From Perkinsela sp. CCAP 1560/9 (Eukaryota; Protista; Euglenozoa: Kinetoplastea): a DNA stretch of 64,000 nt. The notes beneath the pieces are model-generated. The model was not told the origin of the DNA. It ran no database searches and worked only from the letters and a program-made list of their open reading frames with translations. The position numbers and the translations under genes were made by a program. The stretch spans positions 2,914,001 to 2,978,000 of the forward strand of contig CBFFSA010000001.1 in assembly GCA_965644495.1 (NCBI GenBank), written 5' to 3'. Numbering within the stretch: the stretch's first letter is position 1; each line of letters opens with the position of its first letter. Below, one piece after another: positions 22,164 through 32,594 of this stretch.

Positions 22164-22265
22164 GATGCACGAGTTGTGTCATACACAAAGGAAAATAATT
22201 ACGATAAACTTAGACATCACATAGTTAGGACATAACAAGTAAACCTAAGACAAAGTACACCCGGT

Positions 22266-22300
22266 GTGAACCTATCGACGATAGGTTCACGATAATCGTG
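22266..22300. repeat. overlapping perfect palindromes
   Basis: GTGAACCTATCG-A-CGATAGGTTCAC (22266-22290) overlapping CACGAT-A-ATCGTG (22288-22300). Confidence 0.85.
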
Positions 22301-22713
22301 GGTCGTTTAGTTTTTTTCCACCTATAACCTACTTAGAGGGTTGAAACCTATGAAAGGCAAAACCTGACAAAACCCGCATAGTCATCATTGACGTGGCGAA
22401 GAAAAGTACTATGTCAAAAATGGTGAAGAGCATACTTCAGGACGCCAGCGCATGTCCTTTCTCCTGTCAAGACATGCTTTGTGGCACGAACACCACATTA
22501 TAAGCATTTAAACTTACTCGAAAGCAAACTCTAGAACAAACTTCCTGTGCACACATTGAAGAACTCTAGTTTGAGTACCTACATACAACTCCGGTCAGAT
22601 TGACAAAGCTGAATCAAACATAGTCATGCGACGAAACACACCGTTTGTCACGAGATCGCTTTCCCATTTTCCACTTCTTCCAATGGAATCCGTTGTCCCC
22701 TCCTTTCCCTCTC

Positions 22714-23682
22714 CTAGAAGTACCCCGTGTCATTTAACCCCACCCGCGGCACCCTCCACCCAGTCTCGATCAACTCATACACCCGACGCAACGCCTCGTT
22801 GTTTCGTCTCTCATACCCCATCGAGGTCGGGGCCCCATGCCCGGGCAGCACTGCTGTGTCATCGGGAAAATCCTCTAACATGCGAAGCGAGTGGGCGAGT
22901 TGATCCCCGCACGCGTAGGGCAAATCTACGCGAGCGATGGAATCACGAAACAGTACATCCCCAGTAAATAGCAACCGTTCTGTCGGCAGGCTCAGCATCA
23001 TATGCCCCGTAGAGTGCCCCGGGGTGTGGATGTACTGACACGGAATGTCCCCGAGCAAAAAGAACGCATCCATTCGTCGTGAGGCACAGCCCATTAAGTA
23101 GTCGCCCTCCCCACGACGACCTGCGCTAATGTTTGGACAGGCCCGAGGGATGGGCATTTGCACCTCGGCCATGTCATAGCGTCGGTACCGTTGACACACC
23201 TGGGTCCATTTCTCCATCCATACCCCATCGACGGGGTTGTACGCGAAACGGGTATCCTGGCGATTCTTATCCCGAAGGTAGCAGAAAGGGTGAAGCCCGA
23301 TGACGTTATCGATGTGAAGATGGGTGAAGAAAATAAATTTAAGCTCGTAGGCGGCGTTGTCCATGAAGGTTACCCAGTCATCAGGCCAGTCGTCTGACAT
23401 GTCGATGAGAATGCAATCGTTTTTTTGCTGCTTCTCCGGGGGTGTTTTGGTCGCGATAAGCCATTGATTGGAGCTAAAATTGTTAGCAAAGGCTCGGCGA
23501 AAAATGCGTACGTGTTTGGATTCGTGGTGTAACAAAATGTAATGCGTGTCCAGTCGGTCCTTGCGGGGAATCCCTGGATTCCGTTCGGCTCTCTGCCATT
23601 TGAAGTGATCGATGGTCTGCGCATGAGCATTCGAATTTCCAATAAAAGGAATACCGCATCGAAGAAGAGAACGGCGCAACAT
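22714..23682 (-). CDS. metallo-beta-lactamase-fold (glyoxalase II-like) protein, probably mitochondrial
   Basis: MLRRSLLR presequence; THLHIDN, HTPGHSTGH, LFTGDVLF, VLPGHG motifs. Confidence 0.85.
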   Translation of the reverse strand: MLRRSLLRCGIPFIGNSNAHAQTIDHFKWQRAERNPGIPRKDRLDTHYILLHHESKHVRIFRRAFANNFSSNQWLIATKTPPEKQQKNDCILIDMSDDWPDDWVTFMDNAAYELKFIFFTHLHIDNVIGLHPFCYLRDKNRQDTRFAYNPVDGVWMEKWTQVCQRYRRYDMAEVQMPIPRACPNISAGRRGEGDYLMGCASRRMDAFFLLGDIPCQYIHTPGHSTGHMMLSLPTERLLFTGDVLFRDSIARVDLPYACGDQLAHSLRMLEDFPDDTAVLPGHGAPTSMGYERRNNEALRRVYELIETGWRVPRVGLNDTGYF

Positions 23683-23875
23683 CAGTTAGATCAGATTCAT
23701 CCGAATCTCATAACGTTCATTGTAAGAAACCATAAAAAAAATTCATAAGTTGAATATGGAAAAGATTTTGCTGCGGGTTACTTTTATATATCCTATTTCA
23801 CAAACATCACTGTTGAAATGGAACGTCTAGCTAAATTAACGGGGATACAATTAAATAAAGGAAAGTGAAGTAATC

Positions 23876-25684
23876 CTACTTCCATATCCTTATCGTCCGA
23901 TCAACACTCACTGCGGCAAACTGCTTGTGCACGGAACTCCACGCAATGTCTCTGACACAAACCTTCGGCTCCGTTCGTTGCAGCACAACCTCTTTTTCCT
24001 TCGTATCCAACACAAACACCCCGCCCATCGCCCCCAACACCAAATACCTCCCACTATCCTCCACCCTCATCTTCCCACACTGCGCCGTGAACCGCACCTC
24101 CGGATGGGTCCACCGAAACAGCGGAACGCTCTCCTGCCGTCTATCCCACCCCTGCACCACCCCATCCTGTCCACTGGAGTACATCCCATACTCCCGCACG
24201 GGACACAACTCCACCCCGAGCACCGCCCCTCGGTGCTGGGCAGGGGCTCCCCCCGCCTGCTCCTGCTTCGTCCTCCCCCCCGTTCGCGTATCCCACACCC
24301 GCACCCTCCCATCACTGTGCGCCGTCACCACCCCGCCCCAGGAAAACCCGGGAGGCACCGCGAGGTCGTTCACCCGGGAACCACTGGTGGCTCTCCACAC
24401 CGTAGTCCCTCCCCCCGCAATATCCCACTTCCGCAGCCCCCCGTCACGGGTCGCGCTGTAGGCGTGGGAGGGGTCCCCGACCGAGGAGCCCGGACCCGCT
24501 CCCCCCGCGGCTACCGCTGCGCTCCCCCCCGAGCCCGCGACCACCGCGAGGGCGGTGATGGGGACCGCGGGGCCGGAGAGCTGGCAGCGGTACCGGCGGG
24601 AGGGGGCGTGGAGGACGACCACGGTGCCGTCCCAGCAGCCCGCGAGCAGGACCGCGGGGGAGCACGCGAGGGCTTGGATGGCACTGGAGACGACATGGGT
24701 GGTGGTGGGGGGCGTGGGCGTTGTCGTCGCACTTCTACTCGTTGTATTCGTTAGAGTGCTACTCGTTGTACGTAGTAGAGTACTCGAGGTACGGGTCGTA
24801 CTCCTTGTAGTCATAGGGGTAGTTGTAGGGATAGCTGTACGGTTCGTTGTAGGGTTCGTTGTAGGGTTCGTTGTAGGGTTCGTTGTAGGGATAGTTGTAG
24901 GGTTCGTTGTAGTTGTAGGGGGAAAGGGGGTGCAATCGTACCAACACAGGGTACGGTCGGAGCCTCCGGTGACCAGAGCGGTGTGCTGGGGGCCGGAGAA
25001 CACGCAGGTGGTGAGGTCTCCGGGGGTGGGGGAGGGGGTGGAGAGGAGGAGGGTACCGGTGGGGGTGTAGGGGTCGTCGGTGGGGGTGGGGTGGGAGGAG
25101 GGGGTGGGGTGGGAGGAGGGGGTGGGGTAGGAGAGGGTGGTATGGGAGGGTGGGTTTTGGGACTCCAGTTCGGTGATACGGCATTGGAGTTTGGTGTTGG
25201 CGTCCTCGAGGTGGGCGACGCGGAGGAGGGCGTCGGTGTAGGCATCAGGTTGGATTCCGTCTTTTGTGGTTGGTGAGTCTGGGACATCCATTTTTTCTTT
25301 GAGTAAGTCGTATTCTTTGTGCCAGATCGTAGCTGAATCGCTGAACAATTCGTTTTGTCGTGTGAGGTGTGCTAACGATCTGTCGAAAGAATCGATTTGC
25401 TCCCTCATTGTAACAATGCGTTGTTCGATTACGTCCACATTAGATCTCCAATCGGCAATTAATGCTTTTAGGGCCCGTTGGTCAATTTCGTCGTTCTGTG
25501 TGCCTTTTGTGCTCATCAAATTCACGTCTCCTCCTATTGTTCTATTCGTACCGGAAAATTGCATGCTTGTGATTAACATCAAAATTGTACACTTGTTTAC
25601 TTCAAGAGCAATGTTGTTTTTATGGTTTTCTAAGATTATCTGAGAACTTCTCAGATAATCTGACAGCTTCTCAGTGAGAAGCAT
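23876..25684 (-). CDS. ATG16: ATG16-like coiled-coil + WD40 protein
   Basis: N-terminal coiled coil then WD repeats paralleling ATG16L1 blades (VTGGSDRT, SGSRVNDL, TAHSDGRVRVWDTR, SGRYLVLG, IAWS..AVSVDRTIRIW). Confidence 0.6.
   Translation of the reverse strand: MLLTEKLSDYLRSSQIILENHKNNIALEVNKCTILMLITSMQFSGTNRTIGGDVNLMSTKGTQNDEIDQRALKALIADWRSNVDVIEQRIVTMREQIDSFDRSLAHLTRQNELFSDSATIWHKEYDLLKEKMDVPDSPTTKDGIQPDAYTDALLRVAHLEDANTKLQCRITELESQNPPSHTTLSYPTPSSHPTPSSHPTPTDDPYTPTGTLLLSTPSPTPGDLTTCVFSGPQHTALVTGGSDRTLCWYDCTPFPPTTTTNPTTIPTTNPTTNPTTNPTTNRTAIPTTTPMTTRSTTRTSSTLLRTTSSTLTNTTSRSATTTPTPPTTTHVVSSAIQALACSPAVLLAGCWDGTVVVLHAPSRRYRCQLSGPAVPITALAVVAGSGGSAAVAAGGAGPGSSVGDPSHAYSATRDGGLRKWDIAGGGTTVWRATSGSRVNDLAVPPGFSWGGVVTAHSDGRVRVWDTRTGGRTKQEQAGGAPAQHRGAVLGVELCPVREYGMYSSGQDGVVQGWDRRQESVPLFRWTHPEVRFTAQCGKMRVEDSGRYLVLGAMGGVFVLDTKEKEVVLQRTEPKVCVRDIAWSSVHKQFAAVSVDRTIRIWK
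24820..24918. repeat. 12-bp tandem repeat encoding (PTTN)n inside the WD40 gene
   Basis: GGGTTCGTTGTA units repeated with variants. Confidence 0.85.
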
Positions 25685-26143
25685 GATGTCTTAGATATCA
25701 TGCTGAAAGGTGAAGAAAAATATGGAATTAAAATATTTACAGAAAGGGTCTATCGTACGCTAGTAAGCACGTGATATCGGTTCACCCTGATTTATCTATT
25801 TTAGATTATGGACGTTCTTTCAAAGAGGATAAGTCAAGGGGCTAGAATTAGTTTTCTTCCCTCACTTATCTTCATCAGGGAGTTTCATGAGGCCTTCCCC
25901 ATGGCCTCAGAATAAAGTCTCGAAAAACTACCGAGCAAGGAAGTCTCTCATTCGGATAAAGGTTCCACCCTTGGGATTTCGGCTCGACTGTCATGAGTTT
26001 CCCATGAAGAAGGTTCATTAGAGAGTGATAGTTGTCCACTAAAGAAAAAGGACATGGCGTAGCGATAGTGGATACTAGATAGATGTACTGATTGTTATAA
26101 CACGGTGTATAGCACGGTTGTCTCTAGAACACTTAAAAAAAGT

Positions 26144-29100
26144 TCAAATTGAATGGTCAGGTGGCAAATATTGTTTAGGTGCAACATTTTGTCTAGTCTT
26201 CGTTTGGTGTTTCCGAAAGTTTTCTGACTTACCCATTCGTCTTCTTTGCTTTTGGTCCTGCACAGCTCTCAACCTTCTCACTCGCTCTTCTGTAACTGGG
26301 CGATAGCTTGCGCGTTCCGTGTCGGAAGTGCTTCCTGTCCTCTTTTGAGCATCATAAAATGCTTGTATGCTAGCAGCTGTGGTATGGGTCATATCTGAAG
26401 CTGATCGACCAAAGCGTAATAAAGGTTCCTCCGGCACTTCAAGCTGGCCTCTTTGGTACATTTCTTTGAAACGCTGCAGGTAGTCGTATTTCCGATTTTT
26501 ATGGCCGGCAACAGATCGTGCTCCTATACCGTGCCGAGAGGCGAAGGCAAGTGTCTCAGTTTTGTGTGTCCGCAAGGTTTCGATAACATCCCTTGATTGG
26601 CTACTTTCCTCCTTTGCAATTTGCTTGGCCAACACCGACTCCGTATAAAGCTCTTTCTGTGCGGCGTACATTACCGGCGACATTGGTTGGGGCGAATCCG
26701 TGGTGACTGCATCCGATCTATTGTTCTCAGAAGACACCAGTGTATCGGCACTTTGCATTGCATTCTCCATATCTTCATCATCCATATAAGGAGCCAGTGG
26801 ATTGGTTCTGTCTTTCACCCAGACAAGCTCGCCTGCGTGCGGCAAGGAAGTACTGTGTTCCGCTACAGGCTTGCGACTGCCATCTTCATACACTTCATGA
26901 GGGAAAGCTTTGGCATCAGCAAGTTCAGAGGGTGTTTTTGCGTTTGTACTGTCGATTTCTATTTGCTCTGGTATTGTTCGCTTGGTCATGCCAACAGGCG
27001 CAAATGGGGTACTTTGTAATAGTGATGTTTCACCACGAGAGACCGCCAATGCCGCGTATTTTTTTAGCAAATTTCTTTCTCTCCATAACGTTGTATCCCA
27101 CCCGAAGGCACCCAAGCGTTTTTCTGGATAGACATATCCAGATTCATCAATAGCCCATAGTGCCCCGGCAGGTTCGCTACCATCTGCTCGAAGTATTGGA
27201 AGAAGTTTGTTACGATCTCGTGGGTTTGGGATGTCTTCCGGTTTCTTAAATTTCGAAATGATCCCAAGCTTTGCTAATGCTTGATTTTTTTCTTCAAAGG
27301 ATTCGCCTCGCGGGGTTCCATCATCGGATGGGCTATCAAATAACTTATGCTTCGTTAACGTATTGCTTTTCCATTTTTCCCAGTACTCTATCGGAGTATC
27401 CATCGGTGGCACGGGATCCAAGGAAGGGAGATTTTGCTCAGCATCAAATTTTCTAAGCTCCTTGTTAGACTGTTCCGTACTGCTGTCAAGAGGTCTCCGA
27501 AGATCATCTTTACAATGAAGCAAAGGATTTGTTGGATCGTAAACGACATCAGGGTCAACGTCATCGGGCGTTCCTTGTGTTCTATAATCTCCTCTAAAAT
27601 TGGTTTGTTCCACGTCTCTAAGACCACGAAAACTCGGATGAATGTCACTTGAACTCTTTTCTTTTTGTGCATTCAACGAGTTTTCATTTTGATGATCCAA
27701 CGGAATTTCATGCTCTGCAGTACCTGAACCGTGCCGCTCTTCGTACTCTTCACGAGCCTGTTCCATTCTTCGGGAGCGTCTTCTCATATCTCTTGTATAC
27801 GCAGCTTCCTCTGAGATATTTCGAATCCTTCGAAGAAGAGCAACAGTAGATGGATACCCTACCTTTTCCATTGCATCGAGGTAAGAGAGCGCGCGGGTTG
27901 TGCTGCCCTCCTCTCCAGATCGCAAATGCAGAAGAATCATATTTACATAGGCGGACTTGGGCAAAATCTTTTTTGGACCAACACCACCAGAAAGTGCTAG
28001 CTCTGCAAATACACTCTCAGCTCTGGCAACCTCACCTTTGCATAATGATAAAAATTTTAAATACGCAACGTAAGCCTGAGCTGGCTTCTCAGTGATGTTG
28101 TAATCGTTGAAGCTATGTGTCCATATTCTCATTCCTTTGTTGGACCACTCCTGAAAAAGTGTTAAATCATGGGCATAGTGTTCACCTATCATATGGATGA
28201 TGCTGGCGTAAATGTGTAGCAAAGAACTAAGTGCACGGGATATCCAATGGGAAGTAAAACTGTCCTTCGATTTTAGTTTCATGGCTACAGCCAGATCAGA
28301 AGTTGTCTCATCTCCTGCTTTCACCAGTTTATCAGCTACCTTAGAACGCGTGTGTATCAAGGCAAGTACACCCAGACAGGTTGTTTCTGCCTCCTTCCAC
28401 AACCCGTTCTTTGGATGAGCATTCTCTGCCTTAAAATTCTCATACTCAGCTTTTCGGATGGCATGACTATAGGCCGTAAGCACTGTAAGAAGGTGTTGAA
28501 CTTGAAATTTATGCCCATTCTCTTGCAATTTTGCAAATAACTTTCTCAACGCTGACAAGTCACCACGATTTGCGCTCCCACACATCATGTAGAAAAACGT
28601 TTGATTGGACCACTCAAAACCCAAGATCTCCATTTTTCTTCCGTACTCGACCAGTAGAGCATGGTCCTTAGGTTGGCGTTGCAGTGCATAAAGCACTGCA
28701 TCGAAACATTGACGTAGAGGCATCATATTATACGCAGATTGCATGTGCTCGAACAACTCAACACACTTCATTACGCTGCTTTCCTTTGTTATATCGCGTG
28801 CATGAGCCCATAGCACAGCAGCAAAAGTTGCTTCGTCGGGTTCCAAGTTTGCCAACTCTCTCATGTGATCGTAAACCTGTATTGCGCTGGAGCAATCATG
28901 CGCCTGTACGAATCCGTGAATAAGAATCGTCCAGGTCACACGATCTGGTGTCACGCCTTTCGATTTGGCTTCTTCTACTAAAGACATGCATTCATTGACT
29001 AGACCTTGATTAGCGTACATTGCTATAATAGCATTGTATGATATGATATTCTGGCCGCCCAGTCCCAGGGCCTTGGCTAGATCAAAAAGTGTTGCGGCGG

Positions 29101-29749
29101 CTTTATAGTTTCCGTAAATGCCAAGAGCCCGTATTGCGCTTTTGATACCTTCCGGATCATAACTTAGTCCAAGATCATTAGCCATTAGGACAGCAAGCTC
29201 TTTGGAGCGCGCTGTGATGGGGGCGTTAAAATCTAAGTATGCGACAGGCATTCCATCCTCTGCTAACGGTTCGCTAGGCAGAAGAGACGCGTTTGTAGTA
29301 AATTGCGCCGATAATTTATTTGAGGAAGCTGGAGTTGAATTACCGTGTGTAACATCCTTAGATTCTTCATTCTGATCGCAGTTCTTCACATTTTTAGTCG
29401 AATCACTCGACGGCAGTAAAGGATATACTGAAATCTTATCTTTTCCGAGAACATAGGGAGGATCATTTTGTATTTCTGAACAAAAATCAGCTAGTCTACG
29501 TAACCCGCTCTTGCAATTCTTTACGACGTTACGACTTTCGCCGCACGTATCGTCTTCCAGGGGGTACTGCCAGGCATATGCCCAGCGTTCGATCATATCA
29601 TCCCATTTTTCTGTCTTTGGCGGGCGATAATCGGCCGGAAGCAAAGATTTTCGATAGAGTTGGAGCTCAAGTTCTTTTACAGAGGGCCCAAGAGCAGTGC
29701 GACCGCGAAGCGCGATGTGCTTTACCGCTTTAGCGTACGTAGAAGGCAT
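26144..29749 (-). CDS. pentatricopeptide-repeat protein, mitochondrial (possibly KRIPP1/mS55-type)
   Basis: PPR motifs NIISYNAIIAMYA...G, PDRVTWTILIHGF, PDEATFAAVL; orthology guess rests only on size and recollection. Confidence 0.85.
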   Translation of the reverse strand: MPSTYAKAVKHIALRGRTALGPSVKELELQLYRKSLLPADYRPPKTEKWDDMIERWAYAWQYPLEDDTCGESRNVVKNCKSGLRRLADFCSEIQNDPPYVLGKDKISVYPLLPSSDSTKNVKNCDQNEESKDVTHGNSTPASSNKLSAQFTTNASLLPSEPLAEDGMPVAYLDFNAPITARSKELAVLMANDLGLSYDPEGIKSAIRALGIYGNYKAAATLFDLAKALGLGGQNIISYNAIIAMYANQGLVNECMSLVEEAKSKGVTPDRVTWTILIHGFVQAHDCSSAIQVYDHMRELANLEPDEATFAAVLWAHARDITKESSVMKCVELFEHMQSAYNMMPLRQCFDAVLYALQRQPKDHALLVEYGRKMEILGFEWSNQTFFYMMCGSANRGDLSALRKLFAKLQENGHKFQVQHLLTVLTAYSHAIRKAEYENFKAENAHPKNGLWKEAETTCLGVLALIHTRSKVADKLVKAGDETTSDLAVAMKLKSKDSFTSHWISRALSSLLHIYASIIHMIGEHYAHDLTLFQEWSNKGMRIWTHSFNDYNITEKPAQAYVAYLKFLSLCKGEVARAESVFAELALSGGVGPKKILPKSAYVNMILLHLRSGEEGSTTRALSYLDAMEKVGYPSTVALLRRIRNISEEAAYTRDMRRRSRRMEQAREEYEERHGSGTAEHEIPLDHQNENSLNAQKEKSSSDIHPSFRGLRDVEQTNFRGDYRTQGTPDDVDPDVVYDPTNPLLHCKDDLRRPLDSSTEQSNKELRKFDAEQNLPSLDPVPPMDTPIEYWEKWKSNTLTKHKLFDSPSDDGTPRGESFEEKNQALAKLGIISKFKKPEDIPNPRDRNKLLPILRADGSEPAGALWAIDESGYVYPEKRLGAFGWDTTLWRERNLLKKYAALAVSRGETSLLQSTPFAPVGMTKRTIPEQIEIDSTNAKTPSELADAKAFPHEVYEDGSRKPVAEHSTSLPHAGELVWVKDRTNPLAPYMDDEDMENAMQSADTLVSSENNRSDAVTTDSPQPMSPVMYAAQKELYTESVLAKQIAKEESSQSRDVIETLRTHKTETLAFASRHGIGARSVAGHKNRKYDYLQRFKEMYQRGQLEVPEEPLLRFGRSASDMTHTTAASIQAFYDAQKRTGSTSDTERASYRPVTEERVRRLRAVQDQKQRRRMGKSENFRKHQTKTRQNVAPKQYLPPDHSI

Positions 29750-30209
29750 ATGTAGGGACTAATTTCGTCAAAGACGAAGTTTACGTAGGCAAAATATAGG
29801 TTTTTCAGAAGTATTTGGAATAATCTTCAGAAGTGTTAATATTTCTCAAAGTGTTTTATCAGTCCTCTAGCTAGCCTTATTTGCATAATATTACTATTGA
29901 AGTACATCCGAAAATCGCATGTTTTCTATTTACAGGACTTTAATGCCGTTAAGTTCTACATGTGTATTTCGTTAATCTAGAAATTTTCTAGGTTGGGATC
30001 CTCCTATAAGCCTTATTAAGGTCTACCACGTACTATACAGTGCAGTATAAAGTCCACGAAGCTTCTACAAGAATCCTTAGAACAATAGTAAACCCCTCAC
30101 ATACTGCGCATTATCTAGTAAGACTTTTTCTAAACTTGGGAAAACTCCCAAGGGATTGTTCGATCACGTTCCATAAAACCAGTAGAAGACAAGGAACAAC
30201 GCCATAGCA

Positions 30210-30854
30210 TTATTGTGAGGCATCTGAACTTTTTTCCGACGTCACATCGTCCATGCGCGCATCTACACATTTACGAAAGGCATCGACGATTGGAGCGCAC
30301 TTCACGATTTCTTCTTTGTCATAAACATTTCCCTTTTTCGATTCCCTAAAACATTTTTGGATAGCCACTTCCTCGTCTTGACAGAAAGGTTCGTGATACT
30401 GTTTTTCAAAAGACCCATCTCGCACAACGTCATGCAAAAGGTCTTGAATGAGATTCGATTCGTTCTCAATGTTCATGAGAATTTTTTCCGAATCAGTTAA
30501 TTCTCTATTTCCTGATTTCAGCGCCCCCGAAGTGCAAGAATTCTTTTCTTGAGCAAAAGCTTTCGGCAACTCGAAAAATGATCCAATAAGCCGAGCTACG
30601 CTTCCTACTTCTTTTGTAATTGTGTCTTGGGCTAACTTTAATGTGGTTTGAAGAGTTCTCGCACCTTGCACTTCTTGAGTTTTACCTGGAAGGAGCTCGG
30701 GATAATGCCGCAGACCTTTCGGAAACACATGCTCTTTGGACGCCAGACCCAAATTCACCAGTAGAAGTCCCACTTTTATTTGATCTTCGTGCTCTTTTCG
30801 AATATCATCCAGCATTCGAGAACTGGAAGGATGATTCCAATTTGCACTTTCCAT
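30210..30854 (-). CDS. twin CX9C (CHCH) protein, Mic19/CHCHD-like
   Basis: C-terminal CQDEEVAIQKC and CAPIVDAFRKC. Confidence 0.7.
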   Translation of the reverse strand: MESANWNHPSSSRMLDDIRKEHEDQIKVGLLLVNLGLASKEHVFPKGLRHYPELLPGKTQEVQGARTLQTTLKLAQDTITKEVGSVARLIGSFFELPKAFAQEKNSCTSGALKSGNRELTDSEKILMNIENESNLIQDLLHDVVRDGSFEKQYHEPFCQDEEVAIQKCFRESKKGNVYDKEEIVKCAPIVDAFRKCVDARMDDVTSEKSSDASQ

Positions 30855-31099
30855 TTAAAAAGTAGTATTTTCCTTTTCGTTCGAATAATCCCTGACGTTA
30901 AGTTAAACATTTCCGAAACTAATGTCTTCCGTTTTAAGTGACGCCTGTAATTCCTCACTACATTAAATTAATGAAGATTGTTAATACAATGTACCATACT
31001 TTCTACTCATAAAAAGAAAGTATAGCCTCGATATTTTTTAAGGAATCGCTCTAGCTTGATATCTTGGGAATTGACAAATTTTTACCAGCATTGCGGTAC

Positions 31100-31182
31100 T
31101 ACAATGTATATCCCGGGAACGTATATCAAATCAAACGTATACAATGTATATCCCGGGAATGTATACAATGTATATCCTGGGA
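31100..31182. repeat. three-copy ~20-bp intergenic repeat
   Basis: TACAATGTATATCC(C/T)GGGA at 31100, 31140, 31164. Confidence 0.85.
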
Positions 31183-31288
31183 CACAACTTTTTGTGACTG
31201 TTGACTACAACTACAGTGTTGTAGAGAGTTATCCCTTCACGCAAAATGAAGCTGAGTGATCACTCGGTGCTCAACGCTTCATCGCAGC

Positions 31289-32419
31289 TTATTGAAGGAT
31301 ATCGCAGCAAACTAACGACCCCCGTAATGTTACCCCCATGAGGAACGCATCACTAATGGACGGGGGTCCCATCCACATGTCGTCCCCGTGAACGGTACGT
31401 ATAACGTCCCCGGAAGGCAAATGCCGAACGTTTGCTTCGGAATCAGTACCGGCCGTGACCACAAGCTCGGCAGAACTTACACCTTCCAGATCTGATGGAG
31501 TTTTGTACACTTTCATGCTGATACTTTCTGCGTCCCAGTGAACAAAACACGTATCGTACTTACTTATACCTCTGCAATTATGACGCGCTTGCATTTTCCG
31601 AACATCGAGACAAGTGAGAGTCCTGGAGTTTCCTACGGCATAAAAATTACATGATGGTGCATCACAAATAGATAGAAACGTCTCATTGCCACATCTTGCT
31701 CGTGAATTATCGCGGATCTGATTGCATCTGGCCGCTGATGTCCGCTGTCGAATATCGAACAGTACTAATTCACTTCCTGTAGCCGTGACAACCACATTTG
31801 AGCAAGTTTTAGTAGCAAATAACGAGGTGGGGTATCCATCCAAAGTGATGGACCTCATGTGTGTTCCCTCGAGAGAATGTAAGCGTAATTCATGTGAAAG
31901 AGAATGCGCACTTGCAATCGCATTCTCTCCTACACTAATACCATAATGTCCAGGAGGAAGGTGATTGTTGACTTTAGTGCCGAAACAAAAGGTAGATGTG
32001 CGCGGACTGAGAGTATCATGTCCCTTTCGGAGGAATTTGTCGGATGTCTGGTATATAAAGGAGTCGTTCCGTCTGTTTAAATACAAGTGTCCTTTCCTGT
32101 CCACATGGTAAAAAACGTCTTTGTCGGGACCTCGATCTACATCAGTAATTAGCGAAGCATAATTTTCATTTTCGAGCACCGAAATTTGAGTACTATCGTT
32201 TTCCAGGGGACTCGGTAACAAACACCGCTTTTCAGTGTCGTATGTTAATAAAGCAACTTCGTGTTTTTGAACAACAGCGAACACAATTCGCTGACCATCG
32301 CGTTGTAGGACGCATATCTTTCGTCCTATACGTGAGGGAAAGCTTCCGCATACGTCAACAACGTTTGGAAACAAGGTGCATGTCATATCATAGTGTGTTT
32401 CAGCTTTAATATGCTTCAA
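31289..32419 (-). CDS. divergent WD40/beta-propeller hypothetical protein
   Basis: 376-aa ORF; LVLFDIR, LTCLDVR, VVTAGTDS are WD-like segments. Confidence 0.65.
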   Translation of the reverse strand: MKHIKAETHYDMTCTLFPNVVDVCGSFPSRIGRKICVLQRDGQRIVFAVVQKHEVALLTYDTEKRCLLPSPLENDSTQISVLENENYASLITDVDRGPDKDVFYHVDRKGHLYLNRRNDSFIYQTSDKFLRKGHDTLSPRTSTFCFGTKVNNHLPPGHYGISVGENAIASAHSLSHELRLHSLEGTHMRSITLDGYPTSLFATKTCSNVVVTATGSELVLFDIRQRTSAARCNQIRDNSRARCGNETFLSICDAPSCNFYAVGNSRTLTCLDVRKMQARHNCRGISKYDTCFVHWDAESISMKVYKTPSDLEGVSSAELVVTAGTDSEANVRHLPSGDVIRTVHGDDMWMGPPSISDAFLMGVTLRGSLVCCDILQ

Positions 32420-32594
32420 ACGTTTTCTGTATCGGCAATTTTTGTCAATAAAATTAGAAAAGAGGCTAATCTACGCTTTCTGAAGACGAATTTGTTTTAT
32501 TATTTTCCCAAAGGATACTCAAAAAGCTTCATTTTTCAGTGCTAGAGCGTATGAAGGGTAAAGTTTTGCACACAGAATTTGAAAATTTGGTTCT

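Noticed and set aside
22330-22432. 34-codon hydrophobic minus-strand ORF (MLFTIFDIVLFF...)
   Set aside because: Too short to support without homology or expression data
23925-25287. Long overlapping Pro/His- or Gly/Val-rich ORFs in alternative frames (also 5372-6317, 36743-38099, 50867-51612, 62070-63031)
   Set aside because: They are by-products of stop-codon scarcity in the GC-skew islands; the minus-strand frame carries the recognisable domains
25840-26050. Hammerhead, SECIS or U3 identity for the structured region
   Set aside because: CTGATGA and ATGA..AA are present but the required stems and boxes could not be built
31100-31182. Three ~20-bp repeats as a possible CRISPR-like array
   Set aside because: Spacers are unequal and very short, there are no cas genes, and the context is eukaryotic; this is a simple tandem duplication
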